Origin: Candidatus Moraniibacteriota bacterium
Lineage (GTDB): Bacteria > Patescibacteriota > Minisyncoccia > CAIUEV01 > JAHKAQ01
NCBI GenBank assembly: GCA_014729725.1
Contig: WJJL01000045.1
Span: forward strand, 1 to 56,555
Direction: 5' to 3'
DNA: 56,555 nucleotides
Numbering within the stretch: the stretch's first letter is position 1; every line of letters begins with the position of its first letter. A program made the position numbers and the translations under genes. The notes below the pieces were generated by a model that saw only the letters and a list, made by a program, of their open reading frames with translations, searched no databases and had not been told where the DNA came from. Shown here one piece after another: positions 34,851 to 43,778 of the stretch.

Positions 34851-34899
34851 ATAATCTTGAATTGGGAAATAGAAATCGATTAATTGCTGTTTCTTAAAA
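34851..34899 (-). promoter_or_regulatory. Conserved promoter-like element, copy B (directly upstream of metG)
   Basis: Minus strand reads TTAAGAAACAGCAATTAA-TCGATT-tctatttcccaattcaa-GATTAT. The -10 lies about 22 nt before the metG ATG. Confidence 0.5.
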
Positions 34900-35251
34900 T
34901 GAAGATCAATTTTGTAATTCAAGGTAATAAATTTTTTCTTTGTATCTAAAATTGAATTTGATAAAAATGATCCGGGGCGATTTTAAAAAATCAAGCCCGA
35001 AATTTGCCTAATCGATACTTAGAATTTAAAACTTAAATTCTACCATCAACCTTATAACCCTAATCTAAACACAATTTAATAAGTTTCTCAAATAAACCGA
35101 ATTAAATCATAAAAATTTAAATAAAAAAGGTTAACTCTTGCCTAGGAAAAAATAAAATTTATGAACAAAAAAATAAATTTTTGTCAATTACCCTAAATTG
35201 ATTAATTTAAATTAGGAAATGGTTATTTTTTTCCAAAAAAAGCGCCCGCTG

Positions 35252-35270
35252 CCCCCCCCCCTTTTTTTTT
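35252..35270. repeat. Homopolymer junction C10-T9
   Basis: GCCCGCTG-CCCCCCCCCC-TTTTTTTTT-CAGC, located in an otherwise AT-rich 630-bp intergenic region. Confidence 0.9.
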
Positions 35271-35304
35271 CAGCAAGTAGATCTCTTGTTTTTAAAGTAT
35301 AAAT

Positions 35305-35340
35305 ATCAATTGATTTTAATTTCCCAATTTGCCTTAATTT
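35305..35340 (+). promoter_or_regulatory. Conserved promoter-like element, copy D (plus orientation, upstream of galT-like gene)
   Basis: ATATCAA-TTGATT-ttaatttcccaatttgc-CTTAAT. The spacer has the same sequence family as copies A-C. Confidence 0.4.
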
Positions 35341-35457
35341 GTTTTTTTTAAAAAATTTGTTAAATTTAATCAAAGATATAAATAAAAAATATCAATAAAT
35401 TCAAAATAGCTGCTAAACAAGCTGAATTATTTAATATTGTTTAATTTAATAAATTTT

Positions 35458-36426
35458 ATGCCGCAAATCAGAAAAGACTATGTATTGAACCGTTATGTAA
35501 TAATCGCCCAAAAAAGATTTGGTCGTCCTTATGATTTTTCCAAATCCCAGCAAAAGAAAAAAATAATTTCCAAAAATAAAACCTGCTTCTTCTGCCCCGG
35601 CAATGAAGAAAAAACCCCTCCGGAAATTTCCAGAATAAAAGCAAAGGATAAAGACTGGCAAATCAGGGTTTTCCCCAATAAATTTCCCGCAGTAATTGCC
35701 AAAGGGAGTTACAAATTTAAAACAAAGGATAAAATTCTCCATTATTCCAATGCTTTTGGTTATCAAGAGGTTATTGTGGAAACACCTGTCCATAGCCAAA
35801 AAATTTCCGATTTAAACCAAAAACAAATCCTACAGCTTTTAAAAATCTACGCCGATAGAATCAGAAAATTAAGCCAAAAAAAAGGTATAAAATATGTTTC
35901 TGTTTTTAAAAATCAAGGCAAAGAAGCCGGCGCCTCCCTGGAACACACTCATACTCAAGTAGCCGCTTACAATCTCCTTCCCTCAATTATTGAAAAAAAA
36001 GAAAAATTATCAAAAAATAAATGCCCTTACTGCGAAGTTATTAAAGTAGAAAAAAACAGCCCGAGAAAATGCTTTGAAAACAATTCTTTTTTAGCTTTTA
36101 CCCCTTTTGCTTCAAGATTTGCCTATGAAATTTGGTTAATGCCTAAAAAACATATAATCAACTTTGAGCAACTGGACGAAACAAGCTTGAAAGATTTAGC
36201 GGAAATCTTTAAAAAAATTATTGAAAAAATAGACTTTCTAAATATAAGCTATAATTTTTTTATTCAATATGGTATAAAAAACATGCATTTGCAGATTATA
36301 TTCATCCCCAGAGTTTCCAACTGGGGAGGTTTTGAATTCGGTCCGGAAACGGTAATCAATACGGTTAGCCCGGAAAATGCGGCTAAATATTACAAGTCAG
36401 TAGTCAATCAGACAAAAGAGCCTTAA
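35458..36426 (+). CDS. galT: Galactose-1-phosphate uridylyltransferase-like HIT-family nucleotidyltransferase
   Basis: CFFCPGNE zinc motif and catalytic EHTHTQV (HxHxQ). The start is placed at the ATG inside the ORF that opens at 35437. Confidence 0.8.
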   Translation: MPQIRKDYVLNRYVIIAQKRFGRPYDFSKSQQKKKIISKNKTCFFCPGNEEKTPPEISRIKAKDKDWQIRVFPNKFPAVIAKGSYKFKTKDKILHYSNAFGYQEVIVETPVHSQKISDLNQKQILQLLKIYADRIRKLSQKKGIKYVSVFKNQGKEAGASLEHTHTQVAAYNLLPSIIEKKEKLSKNKCPYCEVIKVEKNSPRKCFENNSFLAFTPFASRFAYEIWLMPKKHIINFEQLDETSLKDLAEIFKKIIEKIDFLNISYNFFIQYGIKNMHLQIIFIPRVSNWGGFEFGPETVINTVSPENAAKYYKSVVNQTKEP

Positions 36427-36701
36427 CAATTAAGGATAAATTTTTTATTATTTTTACAATTAACAGGTTTGTAGATTTTTTCTGGGTCTTCCGGGGCAGA
36501 ACCAATTAGAATTCTAATTTCAAAAGCAGAACTGGTTAAAATCAAATTTTAAAAAATTACGAAATTAACGGCTTTTTTAGATAATTAATTATTTTTCAGA
36601 GGTTCCCAAGCCATAATCGTATATTTTGTCCACTAAATCAATTTAGATTCACAAACGCGCTTATTAATTTCAATTCTAAATTTATTAATAAAATTTAAAA
36701 A

Positions 36702-37892
36702 ATGAAGCTTCTAAAATTTCCAAAAAGTAAAGAGACGCAAAAAAAAGTAAAAAATCCAGGTCCGGCTCTTAAAAAAATTATTCAAAAACTGAAAAAAATA
36801 AGAGAGAAAAAACTATACGGTCTAACCGCTGTCGGAGAATTCTTGGTGGATTCAATTACTCCGGAAAACAGCATCGAGGAAGCTGAAAAATCGCTGGATT
36901 ATAAAGACAGACCCGGAGGATCCCCGGCCAACACCGCGGTCAACTTTTTTAAGCTGGGAATTAGCGCCAATTTAATCGCCAAAATCGGTTATGATTTTAA
37001 CGGCAAATTTCTTTTAAAGAATCTAAAGCAACAATCTTTTCCCTCTAAAGGAATAGTTAGAGAATACAAAAAACCAACCAGCCGGGTCTTGATCGCCACC
37101 GGTACTGAAGGGAAATTCGATCTTTCCAAAACTCATCGGGAAGCGGATACAAATTTAAGGTATAAAGATGTTGATCAGGAATTGGTCAAAAAGGCTTTTT
37201 GTTTGACTTCCGGTATTTTTGCCACCGAATATCCAACCACTCGGGAAACTATTTTAAAAATATTTAAACTTGCTAAAAAAAGAGAGCAGCTTATCCTGAT
37301 CGATCCGGATTTTAACGGTTTCAGAAGATTCAGGGGTTTTGATCACAAAGAAACTATTATTTCCCCCTTCCAATACTCTTTAAAAATCGATCAAACTCCT
37401 GAATACCCGGAAGAGATCTTAAAAAAAATAGATAACTTCATTAAAAAGTACTTAAGACTTGCCGATATAGTTACTCCCTCCAGATTGGATGCAAAAAGAT
37501 ATTTGGGCTCGCAAGCCGTCAAAAATATGTCAAACGAGGATATCGCTAAAAAATATTATGAAATAAGCGATCAAGCGTTAGTGGTTATGACGGTGGGAGC
37601 TGAAGGATCGCTAATTTATGACGGAAAAAACTTTTATAACATTCCACCTTATAAAGCTTTTAAATCCCTTTCCACCAAAGGGGCGGGCGATGCTTTTAAG
37701 GCCGGTTTTCTGGCCGGTTTGGAACGATCAAGAAATATTTCCGACATTGTTTACTGCGCCGCTTTAGGTAATATAGTAGGGGCTTACTGCACCAGTCAAA
37801 TTGGAGCCTGGATCCAGTTTCCCGGCCTTGGGAAATGGTTCAGATTAGGCAGAGATCTTTTTAATAAAGTTAAAATATATAAAAAATCATAA
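36702..37892 (+). CDS. PfkB-family carbohydrate kinase
   Basis: GGSPANTAVN and TKGAGDAFKAGFLAG signature motifs. Confidence 0.8.
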   Translation: MKLLKFPKSKETQKKVKNPGPALKKIIQKLKKIREKKLYGLTAVGEFLVDSITPENSIEEAEKSLDYKDRPGGSPANTAVNFFKLGISANLIAKIGYDFNGKFLLKNLKQQSFPSKGIVREYKKPTSRVLIATGTEGKFDLSKTHREADTNLRYKDVDQELVKKAFCLTSGIFATEYPTTRETILKIFKLAKKREQLILIDPDFNGFRRFRGFDHKETIISPFQYSLKIDQTPEYPEEILKKIDNFIKKYLRLADIVTPSRLDAKRYLGSQAVKNMSNEDIAKKYYEISDQALVVMTVGAEGSLIYDGKNFYNIPPYKAFKSLSTKGAGDAFKAGFLAGLERSRNISDIVYCAALGNIVGAYCTSQIGAWIQFPGLGKWFRLGRDLFNKVKIYKKS

Positions 37893-37903
37893 ATCAATTC
37901 TTT

Positions 37904-39289
37904 ATGCCGAAAAATCAACAAAAAAACGAAGTATTCAACAAAAGTAAAAGGCAGCATGTTCTAATGATCACCAATCACGGCTGTCACAGTCCCAAAATTA
38001 AGGTTACTATCGACACTGCCGGTCAAAACTTTTATGTCAACGACTATTCAAGAGCTTTATTAAAATTAGGATATAAAGTTACCATTTTAAATCGAGGCGG
38101 TTACGCTCACCCGGTTTCTAAAGAAAAACAGCAAGGAATTAAATATTATAATAAGGTTTGGGGAGAAGAGCTTGGAAAATACTGCCGGGTTGTTTATTTG
38201 GAAGATAGCTGGAAAAAATTTATCGCAAAAGAGGAAATCAAAGAAAAAAATCTGCAACAAGAATTGGACTTTCTTTTTGATTTAGCCGAAAAAATTAAGC
38301 TGGATTTTGAAAAAATAAAATATATAAATTCTCATTATTGGGACGGCGGGATTCTGGGATTAAAACTAAACGAAGAACTGCAAAAAAAACATAATCTTCA
38401 TATTCCCCATGTTTGGACTCCTCATTCTCTGGGAATTCTCAAACAGGAAAATTACAATAACGAACCCAAAGAAATTATCGAAAAATTAAAATTTCCCAAA
38501 AGAATTGCCTATGAAGAACAAATCATTAAAGAAAGCGAAGCTGTTGTGGCCAACGCCAAAATAGTTGAACAATATTTGGAAAAATATCAAAACCGGCCCA
38601 AGGAAATCTTATGGTTCCCGCCCGGAGTAGATACTGAACTTTATTATCCCAGAGAACTTAATCAATGCATGGATGCAATCACTCTTTTAGCCAATATAAA
38701 AAATATCGACATTGAAGTAATGAAAAAAATCATTGAGGAAAAAACCGTTTTTTTTGAAATCAGCCGCACCCAGGAATCAAAAAGGAAAAAGGTAATCTTA
38801 AAAGCTTTTACTCAGATTAAAAGCAAAGACAAGGCGATTTTAATAATGGCTTTAAATAAAGGAAGCGAGGTTTACGAAAACTTAATGAAAATTTATAATA
38901 AAAATAAAGAAAAAAACAATTTGATTTTAATCGACAGTTTTATTGAAAGAAATCAGGGAGCTCAATTGTATGCTTTAAGCGATGTTTTTGCCACCGCTTC
39001 GCATGTGGAAAGCTGGGGGATGACCTCTCATGAAGCAGCAGCCAGTAAATGCACCGTAATTTCCTCCAAATATGTCCCATCAGTTACCGAAGTCTTAAAA
39101 GAACATGCCATTATAATAGAACAAGAAGATCCGAAAAAATATGCCCAGGCCATGGAAAAATTAATCGAAAATAGGGAATTGAGAGAAGAAATGGCTTTTA
39201 ATGCTTTCGAGCTGGTGGCTAATCATTATTCCTGGAAGGCTTTAGGCGAAAATTTTCTAAAAGATTTAGCCAAGAAAAATATTATTTAA
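37904..39289 (+). CDS. GT-B glycosyltransferase family 4, sucrose-phosphate-synthase-like
   Basis: The N-terminal HVLMITNHG...IDTAGQNFYVND resembles the SPS DTGGQ motif. C-terminal E-x7-E region (ESWGMTSHEAAAS). Confidence 0.6.
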   Translation: MPKNQQKNEVFNKSKRQHVLMITNHGCHSPKIKVTIDTAGQNFYVNDYSRALLKLGYKVTILNRGGYAHPVSKEKQQGIKYYNKVWGEELGKYCRVVYLEDSWKKFIAKEEIKEKNLQQELDFLFDLAEKIKLDFEKIKYINSHYWDGGILGLKLNEELQKKHNLHIPHVWTPHSLGILKQENYNNEPKEIIEKLKFPKRIAYEEQIIKESEAVVANAKIVEQYLEKYQNRPKEILWFPPGVDTELYYPRELNQCMDAITLLANIKNIDIEVMKKIIEEKTVFFEISRTQESKRKKVILKAFTQIKSKDKAILIMALNKGSEVYENLMKIYNKNKEKNNLILIDSFIERNQGAQLYALSDVFATASHVESWGMTSHEAAASKCTVISSKYVPSVTEVLKEHAIIIEQEDPKKYAQAMEKLIENRELREEMAFNAFELVANHYSWKALGENFLKDLAKKNII

Positions 39290-39298
39290 GTTTTAAAA

Positions 39299-40099
39299 AT
39301 GCTACAAAAAATATCTTTGGGTCTTTTTTTAGCCGCTTTTATATTTCTAACCGGCTGCGATAAAAAAGACGCCTCAACTCAATCTCAAAAACAAAACGAA
39401 GAATTTTTAGCCAGTCTGCCCGATTATAACGAAAATCAATTCCATAAAAAAATTATGGAAATGCAAAATGATGCCAATCAACAAAGTTTAAAAGAAAATG
39501 GACAACAAAACCAGGCAACCGCAAACCCGCAAACATCAGAAAAAACAAACAGCCAGGACAAGAAAAACCGGGATTCCCAAGCTAAAGAAGCTGATGAGCA
39601 GGAAGAAGAAACATCAAATAAGGATAAAGATAATAATGATGAGGACGAGGAGGAAGAGGAGGAGGACGAAGAAGAAGAGCAAAAATGGGAAACTTATGAA
39701 AATAAAAAATATGGTTATAGTTTTTCCTATCCCCAAAATGCTCGAATCAATCAAGAAAAAGACAGCTGTACAACTGTTGAGTTTGAGTGCGGTTTTATCG
39801 CGATTAGCCCGGATTCAGAAAAAGCCCGGGATTGTTATAAAATTGAAGAAAAAGCCAAAAAAGAAAAAGAAAAAACCGAATCCATCAATATCGAAGGCGA
39901 CATCTATGAAGCCCAAGGTAAAATGCTTTATAAAGATGACAATGATTCAGTTGATTTTGAATTCTTACAAATAGAATTAAACAACGGAATGTTTATAAAA
40001 TACGGATCATGCGACTTAAAGAAAAAAGACATCTCCTACCAACAATACCTAAGAAAAAAAAGAAACCTTATTGGAACTTTAATTAGCTTTGAAAAATAA
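39299..40099 (+). CDS. Lipoprotein with poly-acidic tract
   Basis: Lipobox LTGC after a hydrophobic signal sequence, and a long DEDEEEEEEDEEEE stretch. Confidence 0.6.
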   Translation: MLQKISLGLFLAAFIFLTGCDKKDASTQSQKQNEEFLASLPDYNENQFHKKIMEMQNDANQQSLKENGQQNQATANPQTSEKTNSQDKKNRDSQAKEADEQEEETSNKDKDNNDEDEEEEEEDEEEEQKWETYENKKYGYSFSYPQNARINQEKDSCTTVEFECGFIAISPDSEKARDCYKIEEKAKKEKEKTESINIEGDIYEAQGKMLYKDDNDSVDFEFLQIELNNGMFIKYGSCDLKKKDISYQQYLRKKRNLIGTLISFEK

Positions 40100-40878
40100 T
40101 GAAAACCTTTTTAATAATTTTAATCCTCATTCTAATTGCGGCAGGAGGTTTTGTATTATTTCGTTCCTATAAACAAAAAAACAATTTTCAAGCCGCTCAA
40201 AAAACCGACAGCCCCACCGTTAAGGATGATCGGATTAATGAAAAAAACAATTCTGCGCCTTCAATGAATCCCGAGCAAGAAAGTCAGGAGCTATCCAATG
40301 TAAACTCCGATAATCAAAATCAAGATTCCAAGAATTTATTAGAAAAAATCCAAGCTCTTGAGATTGTTTTAAAAAACAAAACTCTTTTTAAGGAGCTTCC
40401 TCTTCAATACAATAAAATCAAGGGTTTGAAAAAAATAAAACTAATGGATGAAAATCAAAATCCCATTAAAACTAAAGTGGCTCTAAACCAGGAAAATATT
40501 GATTTTCCCTCAATGATTATAACTGACAATCTAGAATTTCTCATCTATAAAGGCCCTGAAGACCCTGCTCCCAGCCACGCTATTTTAATTAAAAACAATA
40601 ATGACGCCAATAAAAATCTGGAAATTATGAAAAATTGGGAACCTTCAATGATAAAGGATCTAAAAAGCTTTATTTTGATCGGGGAAAAATACGACACAGT
40701 TGAGATAATTGAAAATCCACAATTCAAAGACAGTAGCTTTTCCGAAAATACGCGTTATTTCAACTTTACCAATGACAACGCGATCTCTCTGACTTACACG
40801 GTTAAAGACGATTATATAATAATTTTTAACAGTCTTTCTATACAGGAAGTTTTAAAAGAACATTTAAAAAATCTTTAA
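40099..40878 (+). CDS. Hypothetical membrane-anchored/secreted protein
   Basis: 259 aa, N-terminal TM. Its start abuts the previous gene's stop. Confidence 0.45.
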   Translation: MKTFLIILILILIAAGGFVLFRSYKQKNNFQAAQKTDSPTVKDDRINEKNNSAPSMNPEQESQELSNVNSDNQNQDSKNLLEKIQALEIVLKNKTLFKELPLQYNKIKGLKKIKLMDENQNPIKTKVALNQENIDFPSMIITDNLEFLIYKGPEDPAPSHAILIKNNNDANKNLEIMKNWEPSMIKDLKSFILIGEKYDTVEIIENPQFKDSSFSENTRYFNFTNDNAISLTYTVKDDYIIIFNSLSIQEVLKEHLKNL

Positions 40879-41170
40879 ATAAAAAATTTAAAAAAAATTT
40901 TTACCTTTTAAAAAATAGGTTCCGTAAAGTCTTCGCAACAAAGCCGATTTCTCTTCTTGAGTTTTCAAAAAAAATATGATTTAATAACAAATCTGAGTAA
41001 TTGTCAGCGACCCGATTTTTTTCTGCTTAAACCTAAATTCTAAAAATTTATAGGTTTTAAGAAAGTTTCCTTTTCTTGTTAAAATTTAAACCATCCGAGT
41101 TGAAGCAAAAATCTAATTTGCAAGACTTACACTCCTGATTGATACCGGCTATTATTCTTTAACACCTATA

Positions 41171-42190
41171 ATGATAATTCTAAGAGCATTAAAATTTATT
41201 GTTTTTCTGGCTTTCCTGGGAGCTGCTGGCGCTTTTATTTATGAAAGTCTAAATTCTCCTAAATATCAATCGGGTTTTTCCTTTATTTTGGTTAATCAAA
41301 AAATCGAAAACCAAAACCCTGTTTCACCAAAATATCTTGAAAAAGCCGCTTCAGGTGTAGGGCCTTATATTTTAAGCGATTCTTTTATCGAATTTATTGA
41401 AGAAAAAAACCAACAAAACGATAAAGAAAGTTTAAAAAACATAGATAAAGAAAATTGGAAAGAATCGATCCGGGTAAAAAAGAATTTGGAGGCTAATCTG
41501 ATTTCGGTTAGGATATTTGATAACGATCCCAATCAAGCTTATCTCAAAGCTCAAGAAATATCTTTTCATTTGGAGGAGGGATTAAATCAATTATTAAACA
41601 GTCCACAAATTAAATTAAAAATTATTAACTCTCCCTATCAACCCCAAGATTTCCATTTATCTAATCTAATCATACCAACTGTTAAAGGAGCCCTCTTGGG
41701 CGGGGTTTTAGGTTTTATTTTATTTATCTTGTTTGGAGCAAGAGTAGATAAATGGCTGTATAAAAAACCAACCTTACCCTCCCAACCAAGAGCTTATTAT
41801 CCCACCGGCCAAAATAGAATGATCCAAAATCAAACCCCTCCCTTAACCCGGTCTCCTCAAGAAAAAATCCAAAATCAAAATCAAAATCAACTTCCAAATT
41901 ACTCGGGGCAAGGAATTAATTTTTATCAAAATCAAAAAGCCTTATCTCAAAAACAGCAAAATCAAAATTTTAAGCCAACCGCTCCGATGGCAAACTCTCA
42001 AACTCAATCTTTAAAGCAAAGCCCCGATAATAAAAACCATAAACAAGCAATCAACGATCAGTCAAACAAAGATAATCAAATCAATGAACCAACTCAGCCA
42101 AATCAATCGCCCAATCAAAAACAAAAATCCGCAAAGCAAATAGAAGAAGAGCAAATCAAAGAAAGACTAAATCGTTTAATTAGCGGATGA
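41171..42190 (+). CDS. Wzz-like (chain-length-determinant-like) bitopic membrane protein with Q/N-rich tail
   Basis: N-terminal TM plus YQSGFSFILVNQ, a second TM near residue 175, and a long Q/N/P-rich C-terminus. Confidence 0.45.
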   Translation: MIILRALKFIVFLAFLGAAGAFIYESLNSPKYQSGFSFILVNQKIENQNPVSPKYLEKAASGVGPYILSDSFIEFIEEKNQQNDKESLKNIDKENWKESIRVKKNLEANLISVRIFDNDPNQAYLKAQEISFHLEEGLNQLLNSPQIKLKIINSPYQPQDFHLSNLIIPTVKGALLGGVLGFILFILFGARVDKWLYKKPTLPSQPRAYYPTGQNRMIQNQTPPLTRSPQEKIQNQNQNQLPNYSGQGINFYQNQKALSQKQQNQNFKPTAPMANSQTQSLKQSPDNKNHKQAINDQSNKDNQINEPTQPNQSPNQKQKSAKQIEEEQIKERLNRLISG

Positions 42191-42262
42191 TTTTTCTTTT
42201 AGCATTCTGGCAATTATGATATACTAAAAGCGTTACTGCTTTTAAAAATTAAAGTTTGACTA

Positions 42263-43693
42263 ATGGAAAAAGCCGCTTTAAAAGGAACCGTAAAATTCGC
42301 TATTTTTTTAATAGCGATTCTGACAATTGTATCTATAATTAATTACTATTTTAGAGATCAACTTAATATATTTCTCGATTTTAAACAACCCCCCGCCCCT
42401 CCCGTAATCTCTCCTTTACCTACTTCTCAACAGCCCAATGAAGAAATGAATTTCTTTACTTTTGGAGAGAAGTTAGCAGGCATCCAAGAAAAAAAAACCT
42501 ATCTGATTCTTTTTCAAAATTCAATGGAACTTAGGCCCGGAGGAGGATTTATAGGTTCCTTTGGTACTTTTGAAATTAAAGATGCGAAAATTATCGACAA
42601 AAAAATACACAATACCGCTGTATTTGACAGCACCTTAAATAATCCACCCAGCCCTCCTTATATCATCCAAAAATATTTTAATACCGATCAATGGGGAATT
42701 CGTGATTCCAACTGGTCTTTGGATTTTCCTACCAACGCGGAAAAATTTTGGGAAATTTATCAATTAAGCTCTCAAAAAAAATTTGAGGAAATCGACGGTA
42801 TAATCGGAATAACTACCAATATCTTTCCTTATCTTATAAAACAAACCGGGCCCATTACCCTGGAAGGCGTCGAGGGGGAATTTAATGAAAAGAACGCTTT
42901 GGAAAAACTGGAATATGAAGTGGAGGTCGGATATGTGGAAAGAGGAATAAAAAAAGAACATAGAAAAAAAATTATAAACACTCTTTTCGATAAAATTTTT
43001 GAAAAATTCCAACAAATCGATAAAATACAACAACTAATTATTTTAAACGATCTTAAACAGTTTCTGGACACCAAAGAAATCCAATTATATTTGTTTGATA
43101 AAAAATTACATAATTTTGCTAAAAAATATAACTGGACCGGCGAAATAATCCAAACCAAAGTTGATCAAGATTACTTGGCAGTAGTTGATTCCAACCTGGG
43201 AGCTTTGAAGTCCGACCGTTGTATCCAAAGAAATATTGATTATTTGGTGGATACAACTCAAGAGCCTTTGCAAGCCACGGTTACTATAAATTATAAACAT
43301 AAATGCAGTCAAAAAAATTTTATGACCGATGACTACCATAGTTATCTAAGGATTTACGCCCCTTTAAATGCTACCTTGATTGAAACAACCGGTTTTGTAA
43401 CTCAAAGCGTTAATGAAATAATTCAAGGAAAGGATAAAGCTGTAGTGGAAATTGAAGCGAATAAAAAAGTATTTGGCAATATGGTTTTTGTTCCTTTAAA
43501 AGGAGAAGAATCTTATTCGTTTACCTATTCTCTACCTCTTCAAATAAAGCCCCGGGATTATCGTCTTTATTTTCAAAAACAAAGTGGCATGAATGACGCC
43601 TTTCTTAAAGTTAGATTTAAAAATCAACAAGACCAAGAAATCCTTTACGAATCCCAAATTCTAAAGGATATTGAGATAGAAAGAGGAAGGTGA
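42263..43693 (+). CDS. DUF4012 domain protein
   Basis: N-terminal TM and LILFQNSMELRPGGGFIGSFG, the hallmark DUF4012 motif. Confidence 0.7.
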   Translation: MEKAALKGTVKFAIFLIAILTIVSIINYYFRDQLNIFLDFKQPPAPPVISPLPTSQQPNEEMNFFTFGEKLAGIQEKKTYLILFQNSMELRPGGGFIGSFGTFEIKDAKIIDKKIHNTAVFDSTLNNPPSPPYIIQKYFNTDQWGIRDSNWSLDFPTNAEKFWEIYQLSSQKKFEEIDGIIGITTNIFPYLIKQTGPITLEGVEGEFNEKNALEKLEYEVEVGYVERGIKKEHRKKIINTLFDKIFEKFQQIDKIQQLIILNDLKQFLDTKEIQLYLFDKKLHNFAKKYNWTGEIIQTKVDQDYLAVVDSNLGALKSDRCIQRNIDYLVDTTQEPLQATVTINYKHKCSQKNFMTDDYHSYLRIYAPLNATLIETTGFVTQSVNEIIQGKDKAVVEIEANKKVFGNMVFVPLKGEESYSFTYSLPLQIKPRDYRLYFQKQSGMNDAFLKVRFKNQQDQEILYESQILKDIEIERGR

Positions 43694-43778
43694 GCTTACA
43701 GAATTACAGAACTTATAAAAACAAAATTTTTTTAATTTAAAAAACAATCATTTTAAATTACGAAATTAAAATTAAATT

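Noticed and set aside
36592-36606. 15-mer TTTTTCAGAGGTTCC shared with 46578-46592, superficially like the preQ1-I riboswitch start (AGAGGTTC)
   Set aside because: No downstream CCCTCT pairing partner or A-rich tail in either copy. A single 15-mer match in 56 kb of biased sequence is within chance expectation.
39498-39974. 158-aa K/R-rich ORF in an alternative frame of the lipoprotein gene
   Set aside because: It arises from reading the GA-rich acidic-tract DNA in another frame. It is pure low complexity with no start context. The lipobox-containing frame is the real one.
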